Shown: positions 39,423-49,678, counted from the stretch's first letter. The stretch is DNA of 64,000 nt from Candidatus Bathyarchaeota archaeon (GCA_052246995.1 JBQPWD010000004.1:1-64000); one strand, 5' to 3'. The notes: generated from the sequence alone by a model not told the origin. Translations and numbers: made by a program.

Positions 39423-40034
39423 TTGCTTGAATATTTGATTTCCATCATAATTCTAGGGTTGGCTGCTGGCTTCTGCCCCATTCAAGTAGCCTTTCTCACA
39501 CCTTTTGCTGTTAAACTATTTGGTGGAGGAAGGGGTTTCAGTATGGTTTTTAAATTTTCCTTAAGCTTTTCAATACCATTAATCCTTATTGGAGTTGCCA
39601 TAAGTAAGTTTGGAAGCCTTTTCGACACGGAACATGTTAAATTAGTGTCTGGAGTTCTTCTACTCTTTCTAAGCCTTTTTATGTTTAGAATCTTAAAGTT
39701 TAAATGGGGAAGGAAGTTAAAACATGGAAATTTTGGTTCAAAGGACTACGTGCTAGGGCTAACATACGGTGTTTTAACAATTGGTAGAGGTGCTCCTTTT
39801 CTTCTTTCAGTCCTCATAATCCTGTCAAACACCAGAAATGTTCTGGCTTCTGCCATCGCCGTGCTTATCTACTCACAGTTGATGGTGTTACCTATTTTAA
39901 TCCTAGTAATGGCGGCTGAGTGGAGGATAAAGGATAAGCTTGTAACGTATGGAAAACTTTTAGACTTTATAGTAGGTGTTATGTTAGTGGTTTTAGCCTT
40001 TTACTTTATAACTTCTGCCTTAAGCTTGGTTTAG
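39423..40034 (+). CDS. CcdA/DsbD-like transmembrane protein
   Basis: About six TM helices, GLAAGFCP near the N-terminus, LG..YG...G..P.L; second Cys absent. Confidence 0.55.
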   Translation: MLEYLISIIILGLAAGFCPIQVAFLTPFAVKLFGGGRGFSMVFKFSLSFSIPLILIGVAISKFGSLFDTEHVKLVSGVLLLFLSLFMFRILKFKWGRKLKHGNFGSKDYVLGLTYGVLTIGRGAPFLLSVLIILSNTRNVLASAIAVLIYSQLMVLPILILVMAAEWRIKDKLVTYGKLLDFIVGVMLVVLAFYFITSALSLV

Positions 40035-40077
40035 CAGACGAAATGTCCTCTTAAAACTGGAGGATGCCTCCGCAAAC

Positions 40078-40608
40078 TTATGTGGGTGAGGCTGTTGCTG
40101 CTGGTACTAGTTTGAAGCCTGAGGTTTTGGAACCTGTAACTTTTGGGTTTATGTCTATTAACAGGTATGAGGTTTGACCTGTATTTACTTGTACTCCACC
40201 CTTTGTTATGGTTATGGTTAGTTTTTCTGGTGGAACAGTAGCCGTGTAGTTTACTCCATCTACCGTTACAATTGCATCTTTTATTTGAAATCTAACTAGA
40301 TTGTATTTTCCTGCTTGTAGATTTGTATTTCCAACAACTTTGCTCATGTTTACCACGCTTAACAGGTTTATCCATCCCTCGTCTGCAACTTTGTACCATC
40401 CAGTTCCATTACCAGCCTCTGCTCTATGCACCATCACCTCACCATAATGAATGTAAATGTTTGATGCATACCCCCATTCTCTAGGCGGATCCGTCATCAT
40501 AGCACATAACGTGCCATACCCATATACATGTTGAATGGTAAGGTAGGCAACAGATCCTGCAATTATTACTAAACCAAGCATAGTAAACAGTATAGCCTTC
40601 ATCTTCAC
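40078..40608 (-). CDS. DUF4382-like membrane-anchored protein
   Basis: N-terminal TM helix, GTL...MTDPP, G.Y..VR..I, L.IDI. Confidence 0.7.
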   Translation of the reverse strand: MKMKAILFTMLGLVIIAGSVAYLTIQHVYGYGTLCAMMTDPPREWGYASNIYIHYGEVMVHRAEAGNGTGWYKVADEGWINLLSVVNMSKVVGNTNLQAGKYNLVRFQIKDAIVTVDGVNYTATVPPEKLTITITKGGVQVNTGQTSYLLIDINPKVTGSKTSGFKLVPAATASPT

Positions 40609-40659
40609 TTTACATCACCTATCAAGAAGTATGTAAAAAAAAAGAGATAAAGAACACTG

Positions 40660-40724
40660 TGAAACACGTGTTTCAAACTAGGCAAAAACACGACTGAAAA
40701 TGAAAATGTGTGTTTCTTTGCCTA
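40660..40724. promoter_or_regulatory. Perfect 16-bp palindrome plus adjacent imperfect inverted repeat in a divergent promoter
   Basis: TGAAACACGTGTTTCA at 40660-40675; TAGGCAAAAACAC...GTGTTTCTTTGCCTA at 40679-40724. Confidence 0.45.
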
Positions 40725-40933
40725 AAATAAGGCATAAAAAATTCAGGACTGGTTTGAAGTTGATTGAAAAGAATTAGCAAATTTTCCAGAGTATACAAGC
40801 TATGTTGACTACTGCAAAAAAGCAAGAGAATTATATGTTAGTTTTTAGCAGTTTTCTATACTTTTGAATTTCTAAAAACTAAAATTTAAATGGGATATTT
40901 TCAGGGTATCAAATTAGATAAGGTGCCAATAAA

Positions 40934-42586
40934 ATGTCTAGAAATATTTATGAAAGAAAACCATGGCTGAAGAACTACAACTCCTTTGTTCCAGAAACTC
41001 TTGAATATCCTAATGTTCCCATATCCTACCTCGTTAAATCTTCTGTTAAGGATTTTCCTGAAAAACCTGCACTATATTATGGGAATAGAAAAGTAACCTA
41101 TAGAGAGTTTGGCGATTATATTGCAAGATTTGCCGCAGCCCTTGATGAAATGGGCGTTAAGAAGGGGGACAGGATTGGCATCCTATGTTTAAATACACCT
41201 CAATATCTCATAACATTCTATGGAGCTCTGGAAATTGGAGCTGTACCAACAGGTGTTAATCCGCTTCTTACACCAAGAGAACTAGAGTATATACTGGTTG
41301 ATGCGGATATCGAAACACTAGTTACGTTAGACCTTTTCCTACCTCGTGTTCAAGAGGTAAAAGAAAAAACTAGTCTTAAACATGTCATAGTTACTAGGCT
41401 TAATGATTTTCCGGGGGATGAATCTTTACCGGAGCCTCAAAAGATAATAGGTACAATATCATTTTTAGACTTACTTAAACATGATTCAAATCCTCCTCAA
41501 GCTAAAATAGATCCAAAAAATGATTTAGCGATTCTTCAATATACTGCCGGAACGACAGGCTTACCTAAAGGGGTAATGTTAACTCATGCAAATATCGTTG
41601 CAAACATAACTCAAATCTTAGCATGGTTAGAGTTTAAGAAGGGAGAGGAAATAGTTTGTTCATCGTTTCCATTCTTTCACCTAGCTGGTTTGGCTTTTAA
41701 CATGGTTGCTGTGGCTGCAACAGCAGCACAAGTACTTATAACTAATCCAAGAGATATTGAAACAACGTTTGACCTCATAGACAAGCATCATCCATCAATT
41801 TTATGTAATGTTCCAACAATCTACATTATGCTTTTAAGACATCCAAGATTCAATAGTTCAGCTATAGGGAAGGTAAGAATGTTTGTGAGTGGAGCAGCTC
41901 CACTTCCCACAGAAATCTTAAGGGAGTACCAGCAAAAGACTAATGGCGTAATGATTGAAGTTTGGGGAATGACCGAAGCTAGCCCAGTGCTTACAGCAAA
42001 CCCTGTTAAGGGACATAAAAAAGCTGGTTCGGTAGGGATACCTCTTCCAGATACTATGGTTAAAGTTGTAGACATGGAAACCGGGGTTAAAGAACTTCCG
42101 ATAGGTGAACAAGGTGAGCTTATAGCACAAGGTCCACAAGTTTTCTATAAAGGCTACTGGAAAAAGCCTAAGGAAACAGCAGAAGCATTAAAGAATGGAT
42201 GGTACTACACTGGAGACGTAGGCTACATGGATGAAGATGGCTACTTCTACATTGTAGATAGAAAAAAGGATATAATCAATGTTTCAGGTTATAAGGTTGC
42301 CTCAAGAGAAGTAGACGACATACTACTCCAGCATCCAGCAGTTAGCATGGCGGCAACTATAGGTATTCCAGACCCTGAACGGCCAGGAAGCGAGGTCGTA
42401 AAAACTTATATTGTGCTAAAAGAGGGATATAAACCGAGCCCTGAACTAGCTGAGGAAATTAAACAATGGTTAAGAAAACTTCTAGCACCTTACAAAATCC
42501 CAAAAATTATTGAATTTAGGAGGGAGTTGCCGCTTAGCGCTACAGGAAAAATTCTTAAGAGGGAATTAAAGAAAGAAACGGTATGA
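40934..42586 (+). CDS. Long-chain fatty-acid--CoA ligase (AMP-forming)
   Basis: QYTAGTTGLPKG, WGMTEASP, TGD.G.MDEDG...IVDRKKD, GKILKR. Confidence 0.92.
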   Translation: MSRNIYERKPWLKNYNSFVPETLEYPNVPISYLVKSSVKDFPEKPALYYGNRKVTYREFGDYIARFAAALDEMGVKKGDRIGILCLNTPQYLITFYGALEIGAVPTGVNPLLTPRELEYILVDADIETLVTLDLFLPRVQEVKEKTSLKHVIVTRLNDFPGDESLPEPQKIIGTISFLDLLKHDSNPPQAKIDPKNDLAILQYTAGTTGLPKGVMLTHANIVANITQILAWLEFKKGEEIVCSSFPFFHLAGLAFNMVAVAATAAQVLITNPRDIETTFDLIDKHHPSILCNVPTIYIMLLRHPRFNSSAIGKVRMFVSGAAPLPTEILREYQQKTNGVMIEVWGMTEASPVLTANPVKGHKKAGSVGIPLPDTMVKVVDMETGVKELPIGEQGELIAQGPQVFYKGYWKKPKETAEALKNGWYYTGDVGYMDEDGYFYIVDRKKDIINVSGYKVASREVDDILLQHPAVSMAATIGIPDPERPGSEVVKTYIVLKEGYKPSPELAEEIKQWLRKLLAPYKIPKIIEFRRELPLSATGKILKRELKKETV

Positions 42587-42668
42587 AACAAGATAGGATT
42601 TATTTTTAAACAAAGGTATAAAAATATAAGAAAAGGGAAGTCATATAAAAGGTAGAGAAACCTGAAAT

Positions 42669-42743
42669 GGGCCGGTAGATCAGCATGGAATGATCGTCCG
42701 CTTGGCATGCGGAAGGTCGCGGGTTCAAGTCCCGCCCGGTCCA
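42669..42743 (+). tRNA. tRNA-Ala(GGC), no intron, CCA not encoded
   Basis: Acceptor GGGCCGG/CCGGTCC with the G3:U70 Ala determinant; anticodon arm TCCGC-TTGGCAT-GCGGA; T-loop TTCAAGT. Confidence 0.97.
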
Positions 42744-42888
42744 TCAAATTCAAAAGAAGCCTCTACAGGTTTTAGTAAGTAGGAAGCTTCTAAACTCTAA
42801 ATACCCTTACCTCCGCGTAGACTGTGGAACGTTTAAGAACTCTTTAGTTCTGAATAGTTCTTAACAATTTAAAAATGCTAAGTTTAAA

Positions 42889-43752
42889 TTAATTTACAAG
42901 TTTTTGTTTATAAAGTTCTTGCAGTAGCCTCTTTGCATACTTTTCATCTGTAAAAGCTTTTAACCTTTTTACTGTTGTATCATATGCATCAATAACTTCT
43001 TCCTCCAAAGTTTTAGCATAATTTGCTTTAGGATCTATTTCATCAAGTTTATGAATCAAAATTTCTCTTTCCTCTTTGGGCATTATTCTTTTATCTGTCA
43101 TTGCGGCTGCTCTTGCATAAATTCCTTCATCCAGCAAGTACTTTAAAGCTTTAAAAGGAAGTTCATAAAATTCACCCATTGCTCCAGTTCTTTGAGTAAA
43201 ACCTTCAGGGGTTGCAGCTTTGAAAGAAACCCTAACATAAAGCTTATTCTTAAACTCTGCAAGCCTTTTCACATAACCTTTATCATTTCCCAAAATTATT
43301 CCATTTGTTTCCAAAATAAAAAGAGAATATTTTGATTCTTTAACAAAGCTAAGCACAGCCAGTAGATGCTCCTTTCCAATAGTTGGCTCACATCCAGATA
43401 AACGGAGCTTGTTAACTTTTGGAATAAGCGTTCTCCAATAATCAGAGTAAACAATCCCTTCTTCAGCAGCCTTAAACAGGTTTTGAGAAACTTGCTTTGG
43501 AGAATAAAATTTACCAAATTTTTCAGGAAAATCCCTTGACCAACCACTCCAGCAGTAAATACACCTCAAACAACAACCAACAGCGTAACCAGTAGCTATA
43601 CCTCTATAAACAGGAATAGAATAAAAATCAGTATATTTTCTTTCTAAGCCATCATTACAATTCCTAGTTACCATTCTCTCAGTTTCCTTTGCTAATTCTA
43701 AAGGATTAAAAGGCTTAAAACCTCTGGTTAAAAATCTTTGATACTCGTTCAT
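42889..43752 (-). CDS. Radical SAM protein
   Basis: GCCLRCIYCW (CxxxCxxC), RLSGCEPT, FILETNG. Confidence 0.9.
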   Translation of the reverse strand: MNEYQRFLTRGFKPFNPLELAKETERMVTRNCNDGLERKYTDFYSIPVYRGIATGYAVGCCLRCIYCWSGWSRDFPEKFGKFYSPKQVSQNLFKAAEEGIVYSDYWRTLIPKVNKLRLSGCEPTIGKEHLLAVLSFVKESKYSLFILETNGIILGNDKGYVKRLAEFKNKLYVRVSFKAATPEGFTQRTGAMGEFYELPFKALKYLLDEGIYARAAAMTDKRIMPKEEREILIHKLDEIDPKANYAKTLEEEVIDAYDTTVKRLKAFTDEKYAKRLLQELYKQKLVN

Positions 43753-43885
43753 TTATTCCACAATTTTAGTTTTGATGAAGGAGGACTAAAGTACTAGCAA
43801 AAATACAACATCGCCTTATTTTGAATAGTTTAATCTGTTACTATAATAACAACTTTTTAAAGATTTATGTGCATTAAACAGCAAT

Positions 43886-43913
43886 AAGTGGAAAATTTAC
43901 CAGTTTTCCACTT
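43886..43913. promoter_or_regulatory. Inverted repeat (10-bp arms, 8-bp spacer) in a divergent promoter
   Basis: AAGTGGAAAA-TTTACCAG-TTTTCCACTT. Confidence 0.4.
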
Positions 43914-44241
43914 TTCCATTTTCCCCGCAGGCTTTAAAATTTTCAACCTAAAGGTTATGTATAAACACCACAGCATACTACTCTGTACCACAAATTTTGC
44001 TTTTCCAGGAAATAGAAACATTAAAGCCCTCTATTTAATGGAAAAATGAGGTAATAATGAATTATTAAGGCGATGTAAAAACACTTTTCTATTTTTGTTT
44101 CTGATTTTCCGTCCGTGAAGTTTATTGTTTTCCCTTCGGAAAAACGTTAAAAAGTAAAGTTTGGATGTTGAATATAATACTTTTAGTTAGGAATTTGCTT
44201 AAAAGTTAGTTACCCTACTGTTATAATGAGAAGAGTTTTGG

Positions 44242-45702
44242 GTGTTAAGTTTGGTTTTAAAAACTTCCCAAGAATATGTTGAAAGTTTAAGAAGACTTAA
44301 ATTGAACGTTTACATGTTTGGTGAGAAAATCATAAATTTTGTTGAACATCCAATAATTAAGCCTTCAATAAATTCTGTGGCTAAAACCTACGAGGTTGCA
44401 GAGAAACCAGAATATGCCTCTATAGCAACAGCGAATTCGCATCTTACAGGTGAAAAAATTAACAGGTTTACACATATCCACCAAAATGTTGAAGATTTGA
44501 TTAAGAAACTTAGATTGCTTAGAGTTTTAGGTCAACTAACAGGTACGTGTTTTCAAAGATGTCCAGGTTGGGATGCTATCAACGCCTTATACAGCGTAAC
44601 CTATGAGATAGATAAAAAACATGGAACAAGATACCATGAAAACCTTAAAGAATATGTTAAATATCTTCAACAGGAAGACCTTGCTGCTTGTGCAGCCATG
44701 ACAGATCCTAAGGGAGATAGAAGTCTTAGACCCTCAACTTTACCGGATAAAGACCTATACCTACATGTTGTGGAAGAACTAAAAGATGGTGTTGTTGTTA
44801 GGGGTGCTAAAGCGCACCAAACTGGTGCACTTAATTCTCACGAAAAAATTGTTATGCCAACTTTAGCTATGAATAATGATGAAAAAGCCTACGCTATATC
44901 CTTTGCAATTCCAAGCGATGCTGATGGGATAATCTACATCTATGGTAGGCAATCATGTGACCTTAGAAAAATGGAGAAAAATGCGGAAATAGACCTTGGG
45001 AATGCTAGTTTTGGAGGCCAAGAAGCGCTAATAGTATTTAATGACGTTTTCATTCCTAGGGAAAGAATCTTCATGTTTGGAGAAAACGAGTTTAGTAGGA
45101 GTCTGGTTGAGAGGTTTGCAGGTTTTCACAGACATAGTTATGGTGGATGTAAGGTTGGATGTGGAGATGTTCTTATAGGTGCAACAGCTCTTATAGCTGA
45201 ATATAACGGTATTGCTGATGCAAGTCATGTAAGAGATAAAATTGCTGAAATGATTCATTTAAATGAAACATTATGGGCTTGTGGCTTAGCAGCCTCAGTT
45301 GAAGGTAAAAAAACTGATTCAGGAGCATACCTAATAGATTTAATGCTTGCAAACGTTTGTAAGCTAAACGTTACAAGAAATCCCTACGAAATAGCTAGAT
45401 TAGCTCAAGACATTGCGGGAGGTTTAATGGTAACTTTACCGTCAGAAAAAGATTTTAAACATCCAGAAATCGGGAAATACTTGAATAAATACTTTAAAGG
45501 TAAGATAGACATTCCAACGGAACACAGAACAAGAATTCTAAGATTAATAGAAAACATGACCCTAGGTTTTGGTGCAGTAGGTTATCTGGTTGAATCTTTA
45601 CATGGTGCAGGCTCACCCCAAACACAAAAAGTGATGATTAGAAGACTTACAGATTTAGAGTATAAGAAAAAAATTGCAAAAGAGATAGCTGGAATTAGGT
45701 AA
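44242..45702 (+). CDS. abfD: 4-hydroxybutyryl-CoA dehydratase / vinylacetyl-CoA isomerase family
   Basis: TGTCFQRC (Fe-S Cys pair), MTDPKGDRS, GAKAHQTG, HRHSYGGC (His/Cys ligands), ES.HGAGSP. Confidence 0.9.
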   Translation: MLSLVLKTSQEYVESLRRLKLNVYMFGEKIINFVEHPIIKPSINSVAKTYEVAEKPEYASIATANSHLTGEKINRFTHIHQNVEDLIKKLRLLRVLGQLTGTCFQRCPGWDAINALYSVTYEIDKKHGTRYHENLKEYVKYLQQEDLAACAAMTDPKGDRSLRPSTLPDKDLYLHVVEELKDGVVVRGAKAHQTGALNSHEKIVMPTLAMNNDEKAYAISFAIPSDADGIIYIYGRQSCDLRKMEKNAEIDLGNASFGGQEALIVFNDVFIPRERIFMFGENEFSRSLVERFAGFHRHSYGGCKVGCGDVLIGATALIAEYNGIADASHVRDKIAEMIHLNETLWACGLAASVEGKKTDSGAYLIDLMLANVCKLNVTRNPYEIARLAQDIAGGLMVTLPSEKDFKHPEIGKYLNKYFKGKIDIPTEHRTRILRLIENMTLGFGAVGYLVESLHGAGSPQTQKVMIRRLTDLEYKKKIAKEIAGIR

Positions 45703-45919
45703 GACCTATCCAACCAGCAATAGAAAAATCATCCTAAAAAAGTAATAAAAAAATCAAACTACCAAAAAGGAAGACTAGCCTTAAACTTCGTAAAACGTCC
45801 AACCTTCATGAAAAATGAGTGATGTTGCCAGTAGGTTTAAGCTTCCATCGAAACCTTTAACCCCTAAACATATCAACAAAATATGATGCTTCATAAAAAG
45901 CCTTAAAAGACGTTAAACT

Positions 45920-47410
45920 TTAACCTACCCTCACCATCTTTATTTCTTGCCAGACCGATTTTACAAGCATTCTTGTATCCACGTCTATTACGGAAAGTAG
46001 AGCAAGGTAGAAGATTCCGCCGAAGGCTGTTAGGCCTAAAATCTGGTATACTCTGACTGGTTCAAACATGTTCTTAACTAAGATGAGGATACCACTCATA
46101 ATTATTGAGGTGAAAACGTATTTGGTGATGTTTTTCCATGGAATTTCTATTTTAGCCATTTTGCAAACCATAAGGTACAATATTAAAAACATTACAAAGC
46201 GTGTTGTTGAGTTTATTATAACCACTGCAAGGGAGGACTGTATCGGCTGGTTTTGCGTGTATGTTGTTAGCACATAGTATGTTAAAGGTATAGTTATGGC
46301 TGAGTGAACGTATGGCAGGGAGAATGCTACAAAAAGCCGGCTTTTCATAAGCTCTCTAAACGGTATTTTTGCCTCTTCGTCTATTCTTTCAAGTCCGTAA
46401 AGTATAAAGCTAAACACTGTGGATATTGTCGTCACAAGGGAATCCACAGCTAAGACCATCAACACTGGCCATGCTAGTTGATAGTCTTCTTTGAGGATTG
46501 AGAGGTAAAGTTCTGGTAGTGTGAGAGCTCCAGCGGTCATGGGTATTGCAAACATTAAGACTGTTTTTATGGATGTTGTTATCTGTTGGCTGCTTTTCTC
46601 CGTTAAAAGTTTTGGGTAGAGGGCAAAGGCCAGAAAAGATGAGTATGTTATTATAGTGGCTATTTGGTATGCAGCACCGTAGTTGCCTCTTGCCGCTTCT
46701 CCACCATAGATAAAAAGTATTATAAAGATGAAGCCGGCTATCTGGTTGCCTAAAACATTGTAGACGTTTACAACAGAACCCTTCAACCACTCTTTTACAT
46801 ACGCCCATTTCACATCTTGTTTAAAGTCTTCTACGAGTAGTTTTAGGTAGTAGAGAACTTGCAAGGCAATAGCAACAGTTATGCTTACTATTGCTCCTTC
46901 TAAGGGTTTTTTAAACCCAATTATGATAACATAACCTAGTAAAACCTTGCATACCTCAGCTATTAGTAGCCCGTAGCCAAGGGTTTGAGGTTTTTTTGCC
47001 CTTAAACATGCTTCAAGAGTGTTAAGTAGATGAAGTTCAACTATTTGGATTGAAACAAGAATGTATAGGTTAACATATTTTTGGACACCTAATGCTGAGG
47101 CTATAAACGGAATTAGGGATATGTAGATTGCCGTTGTGGCTAAGGATATTGCCAGGTTTGCCATCACTCCTGTTTTTACTGCACCTTCTTCCCCTCTCGC
47201 CACAAAACGCATAACCCAGAAGGGAAGAATTCCAGCCATTGTTGTGAAATAGGTTAGTACATCGTTTACGTTAAACAAAACCCCATACTCATTTGGGCTG
47301 GTTGAGCGGGCCACCATGTACTGGAAAGCCAAACCAGTAGCTATGCTGACTATTTTAGCAGCAAAAATAATAAAACCAGAATACTGAACCCTAACCTCGT
47401 TTTTACTCAA
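45920..47410 (-). CDS. Polysaccharide/oligosaccharide flippase-like (MOP superfamily) membrane protein
   Basis: About 14 TM helices, S..EYG...N, G.YGAA, LYPKLL pattern. Confidence 0.7.
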   Translation of the reverse strand: MSKNEVRVQYSGFIIFAAKIVSIATGLAFQYMVARSTSPNEYGVLFNVNDVLTYFTTMAGILPFWVMRFVARGEEGAVKTGVMANLAISLATTAIYISLIPFIASALGVQKYVNLYILVSIQIVELHLLNTLEACLRAKKPQTLGYGLLIAEVCKVLLGYVIIIGFKKPLEGAIVSITVAIALQVLYYLKLLVEDFKQDVKWAYVKEWLKGSVVNVYNVLGNQIAGFIFIILFIYGGEAARGNYGAAYQIATIITYSSFLAFALYPKLLTEKSSQQITTSIKTVLMFAIPMTAGALTLPELYLSILKEDYQLAWPVLMVLAVDSLVTTISTVFSFILYGLERIDEEAKIPFRELMKSRLFVAFSLPYVHSAITIPLTYYVLTTYTQNQPIQSSLAVVIINSTTRFVMFLILYLMVCKMAKIEIPWKNITKYVFTSIIMSGILILVKNMFEPVRVYQILGLTAFGGIFYLALLSVIDVDTRMLVKSVWQEIKMVRVG

Positions 47411-47724
47411 AATTCCACCTTTATACTTGAGCAGCCCCAGTTACAGCGTTTCCAAGATTTTACTTTAATAGTTTTAGGCATTATTATTTATTCATCATCT
47501 TTTTAACATTCTTCAACCTCAAAGTATTTATTTTTTAAAAAACCATCTATTCCTACTCGCCGAGAAACCTTTCTACTTTTCCATGTGAAATTTTGAGAAC
47601 ACGTTTAAACATAGATTTAAGAAGCATGTTAAAGCTAATGTTTTTTAAAATTCATCCTATTTTGGCAATTAATTGACGTCTTAAAATTGTTTGAAGACGA
47701 GTTTAATTAACATTATCAGATACG

Positions 47725-47802
47725 TGGTGCGGCCGCCGGGATTTGAACCCGGGTTAGGGGCTTGGAGGGCCCCTGTCCTAGTCCAGTCTAGACCACGGCC
47801 GC
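47725..47802 (-). tRNA. tRNA-Gly(TCC), CCA encoded, C at position 33
   Basis: Reverse complement GCGGCCG...GGGGC-CCTCCAA-GCCCC...CCGGG-TTCAAAT-CCCGG-CGGCCGC-A-CCA. Confidence 0.93.
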
Positions 47803-48281
47803 GTTTAAAAATTCTATCTTACCATGTTTCTAATTACTTTATAAGCTAGCTTTAAAGTTGTTGAAGATACTTTTAAAAATTTCTGTTTTTGGTTAAGTCT
47901 ATGTGATATGCGAAGATATTCCATAACCATGCCATGAAGATTGTTAATAACAGAGAGCTATCCCAAAAGATGCGTCGTTAGGTAGTGAGTTTTATAAATT
48001 TTTGGATTTTGATTTTCTAAATTCAGAATAAGATTGATATAGGAAACATAGGTGCACATGAATACTATCATCCAAGCAACAAGTGCACACTATGGATGCT
48101 AAAATTCACCAGAACCTTAACCATAAAACCTACCAGGAAATGAAACATACAACCTTTTAGAGTTGTCATTCTCTTTAGTTTTCACGGTTTTAACCTTGAA
48201 ATTTTTAGTATGTCTTCCACAGCTTTCTCGCTTAAAAGGCAGTTTTTAACTGTTTTCTTGTTATGTTTTCCTGTTTTATGT

Positions 48282-49124
48282 TTAAACTGATTTAAAAATG
48301 GATATTAGAATAACAATTAGTGGAGGAATTATTGCTATAGGTAGTCCTGGAAACAGCCCACGTTTTTCAAGCATTTTTAAGGATAGAAATATCCCTAAAA
48401 AAATCATTGTAACACATACCATGAATGTTTCTATTGAAAAGAATATGTAGACATGAGCTATTAGAGAAGAATAAAGAAAAAGGTCGCCTAAACCTATAAG
48501 AAGTTCCCTATACGTGATAGTAAGCTCGGTTAAAACCAGTTTACTCCTGTTATCGGTAAGTGTTACAAGTTTTTTAATTGGTCCGACACCTACGGCAAAG
48601 ATGTCGTAAAATGATAAGGCTAAAAGAATCGTGATGAGACTTAAAGTTGGAATTATAAATCCAAAAAATGTCCCTAAACTTGATGCAAAAACTAGAATGA
48701 GGATGTTTCTAAGTAGACCTCTAATAATAAAAATGCAGTAAAGGGTAAGAAGTGTTGCTACTACACATATTAAAAAGAGAACTGACAAGTTTAAAGGTGG
48801 GTTAAAAAATCCTAGAATCCATAAGAAAGCTGGAAGATAGAAAATGTAGAAGATGAAAACTATGGTAAAGTAGCTTAAAGAGATAAGAACTTTTAAAATT
48901 TTAACACGTCTATGCTTGCTAAGGACGTAAACAACTAGCCCAGCAAAAACCATGATAAGGGTGAAATATAGGGCATCAAAAAGAAAAGAGTGCTCAACAG
49001 GAAATGTTAACATTAAGGGAGGGGTGCCGTAAGTTGTTAAAAGAATTTGGGCAAAAAATATTGAAAGAAAGATTGTTAAAATAAATGGTAAAGAATGGTG
49101 AATTTTAACTTTAAAGCGGCTCAT
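48282..49124 (-). CDS. Presenilin-like intramembrane aspartyl protease (A22)
   Basis: About nine TM helices with YDIFAV..GP, IGLGDL and PGLP (PAL-like) motifs. Confidence 0.85.
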   Translation of the reverse strand: MSRFKVKIHHSLPFILTIFLSIFFAQILLTTYGTPPLMLTFPVEHSFLFDALYFTLIMVFAGLVVYVLSKHRRVKILKVLISLSYFTIVFIFYIFYLPAFLWILGFFNPPLNLSVLFLICVVATLLTLYCIFIIRGLLRNILILVFASSLGTFFGFIIPTLSLITILLALSFYDIFAVGVGPIKKLVTLTDNRSKLVLTELTITYRELLIGLGDLFLYSSLIAHVYIFFSIETFMVCVTMIFLGIFLSLKMLEKRGLFPGLPIAIIPPLIVILISIFKSV

Positions 49125-49678
49125 TTAAGCTCTTCCATCAACCTTAAAAGTTTTAAATCACAGCTACTACAGAAGGTTGGAAGCTTGTTATCAGTATCCT
49201 CTATACTATTAGAAAAATACATTACACATTTAGGATTTTTACAGTGAGGAAGGCCAAAGGTATGTCCTAGCTCATGCACAACCTCTTTTTTAAGCCTATA
49301 AAGAAATAGTGAATCATCTTTAGGTGTACCATAAAACTCTGGTTTAAGCCTAAAAATTGAAACTACAGCAAATTTTCCAGGAAATAAAGCTTCACCAAAA
49401 ACAAAGTTTAATCCTGGAACGTAAAGGTCAACATCAACTATTGATAAAAACTTTTCAGCGTCCATTTTACATGTATGCTCTTTAAGATTTTTAATGATAA
49501 TTGTTGAGTAATATTGTTTCCTAGCAGGATTAAAACTTCCATCCAATATGCTCCTACTAATAGACCCTCCTACACAGCTAAAACTTGGAAAAACATTTTC
49601 AACATGTTTTTCAACAACCCCAGTTAAATCAAGCTTTAAACCTTCAATATAAAGCAAGCTGATTCTGGATGTAGCCAT
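49121..49678 (-). CDS. amzA: Archaemetzincin (peptidase M54)
   Basis: R.QY, DLY..GLNFVFG.A, HELGHTFGL.HC....CVM.FSNS...D.K...FC..C. Confidence 0.93.
   Translation of the reverse strand: MATSRISLLYIEGLKLDLTGVVEKHVENVFPSFSCVGGSISRSILDGSFNPARKQYYSTIIIKNLKEHTCKMDAEKFLSIVDVDLYVPGLNFVFGEALFPGKFAVVSIFRLKPEFYGTPKDDSLFLYRLKKEVVHELGHTFGLPHCKNPKCVMYFSNSIEDTDNKLPTFCSSCDLKLLRLMEELK

Noticed and set aside
42490-42753. 87-aa minus-strand ORF
   Set aside because: Antisense to tRNA-Ala and the end of the CoA ligase gene.
48021-48142. Short frame IQNKIDIGNIGAHEYYH with an HExxH motif, possible metalloprotease remnant
   Set aside because: No start codon, bounded by stops at ~40 codons; could easily be chance without a homology search.
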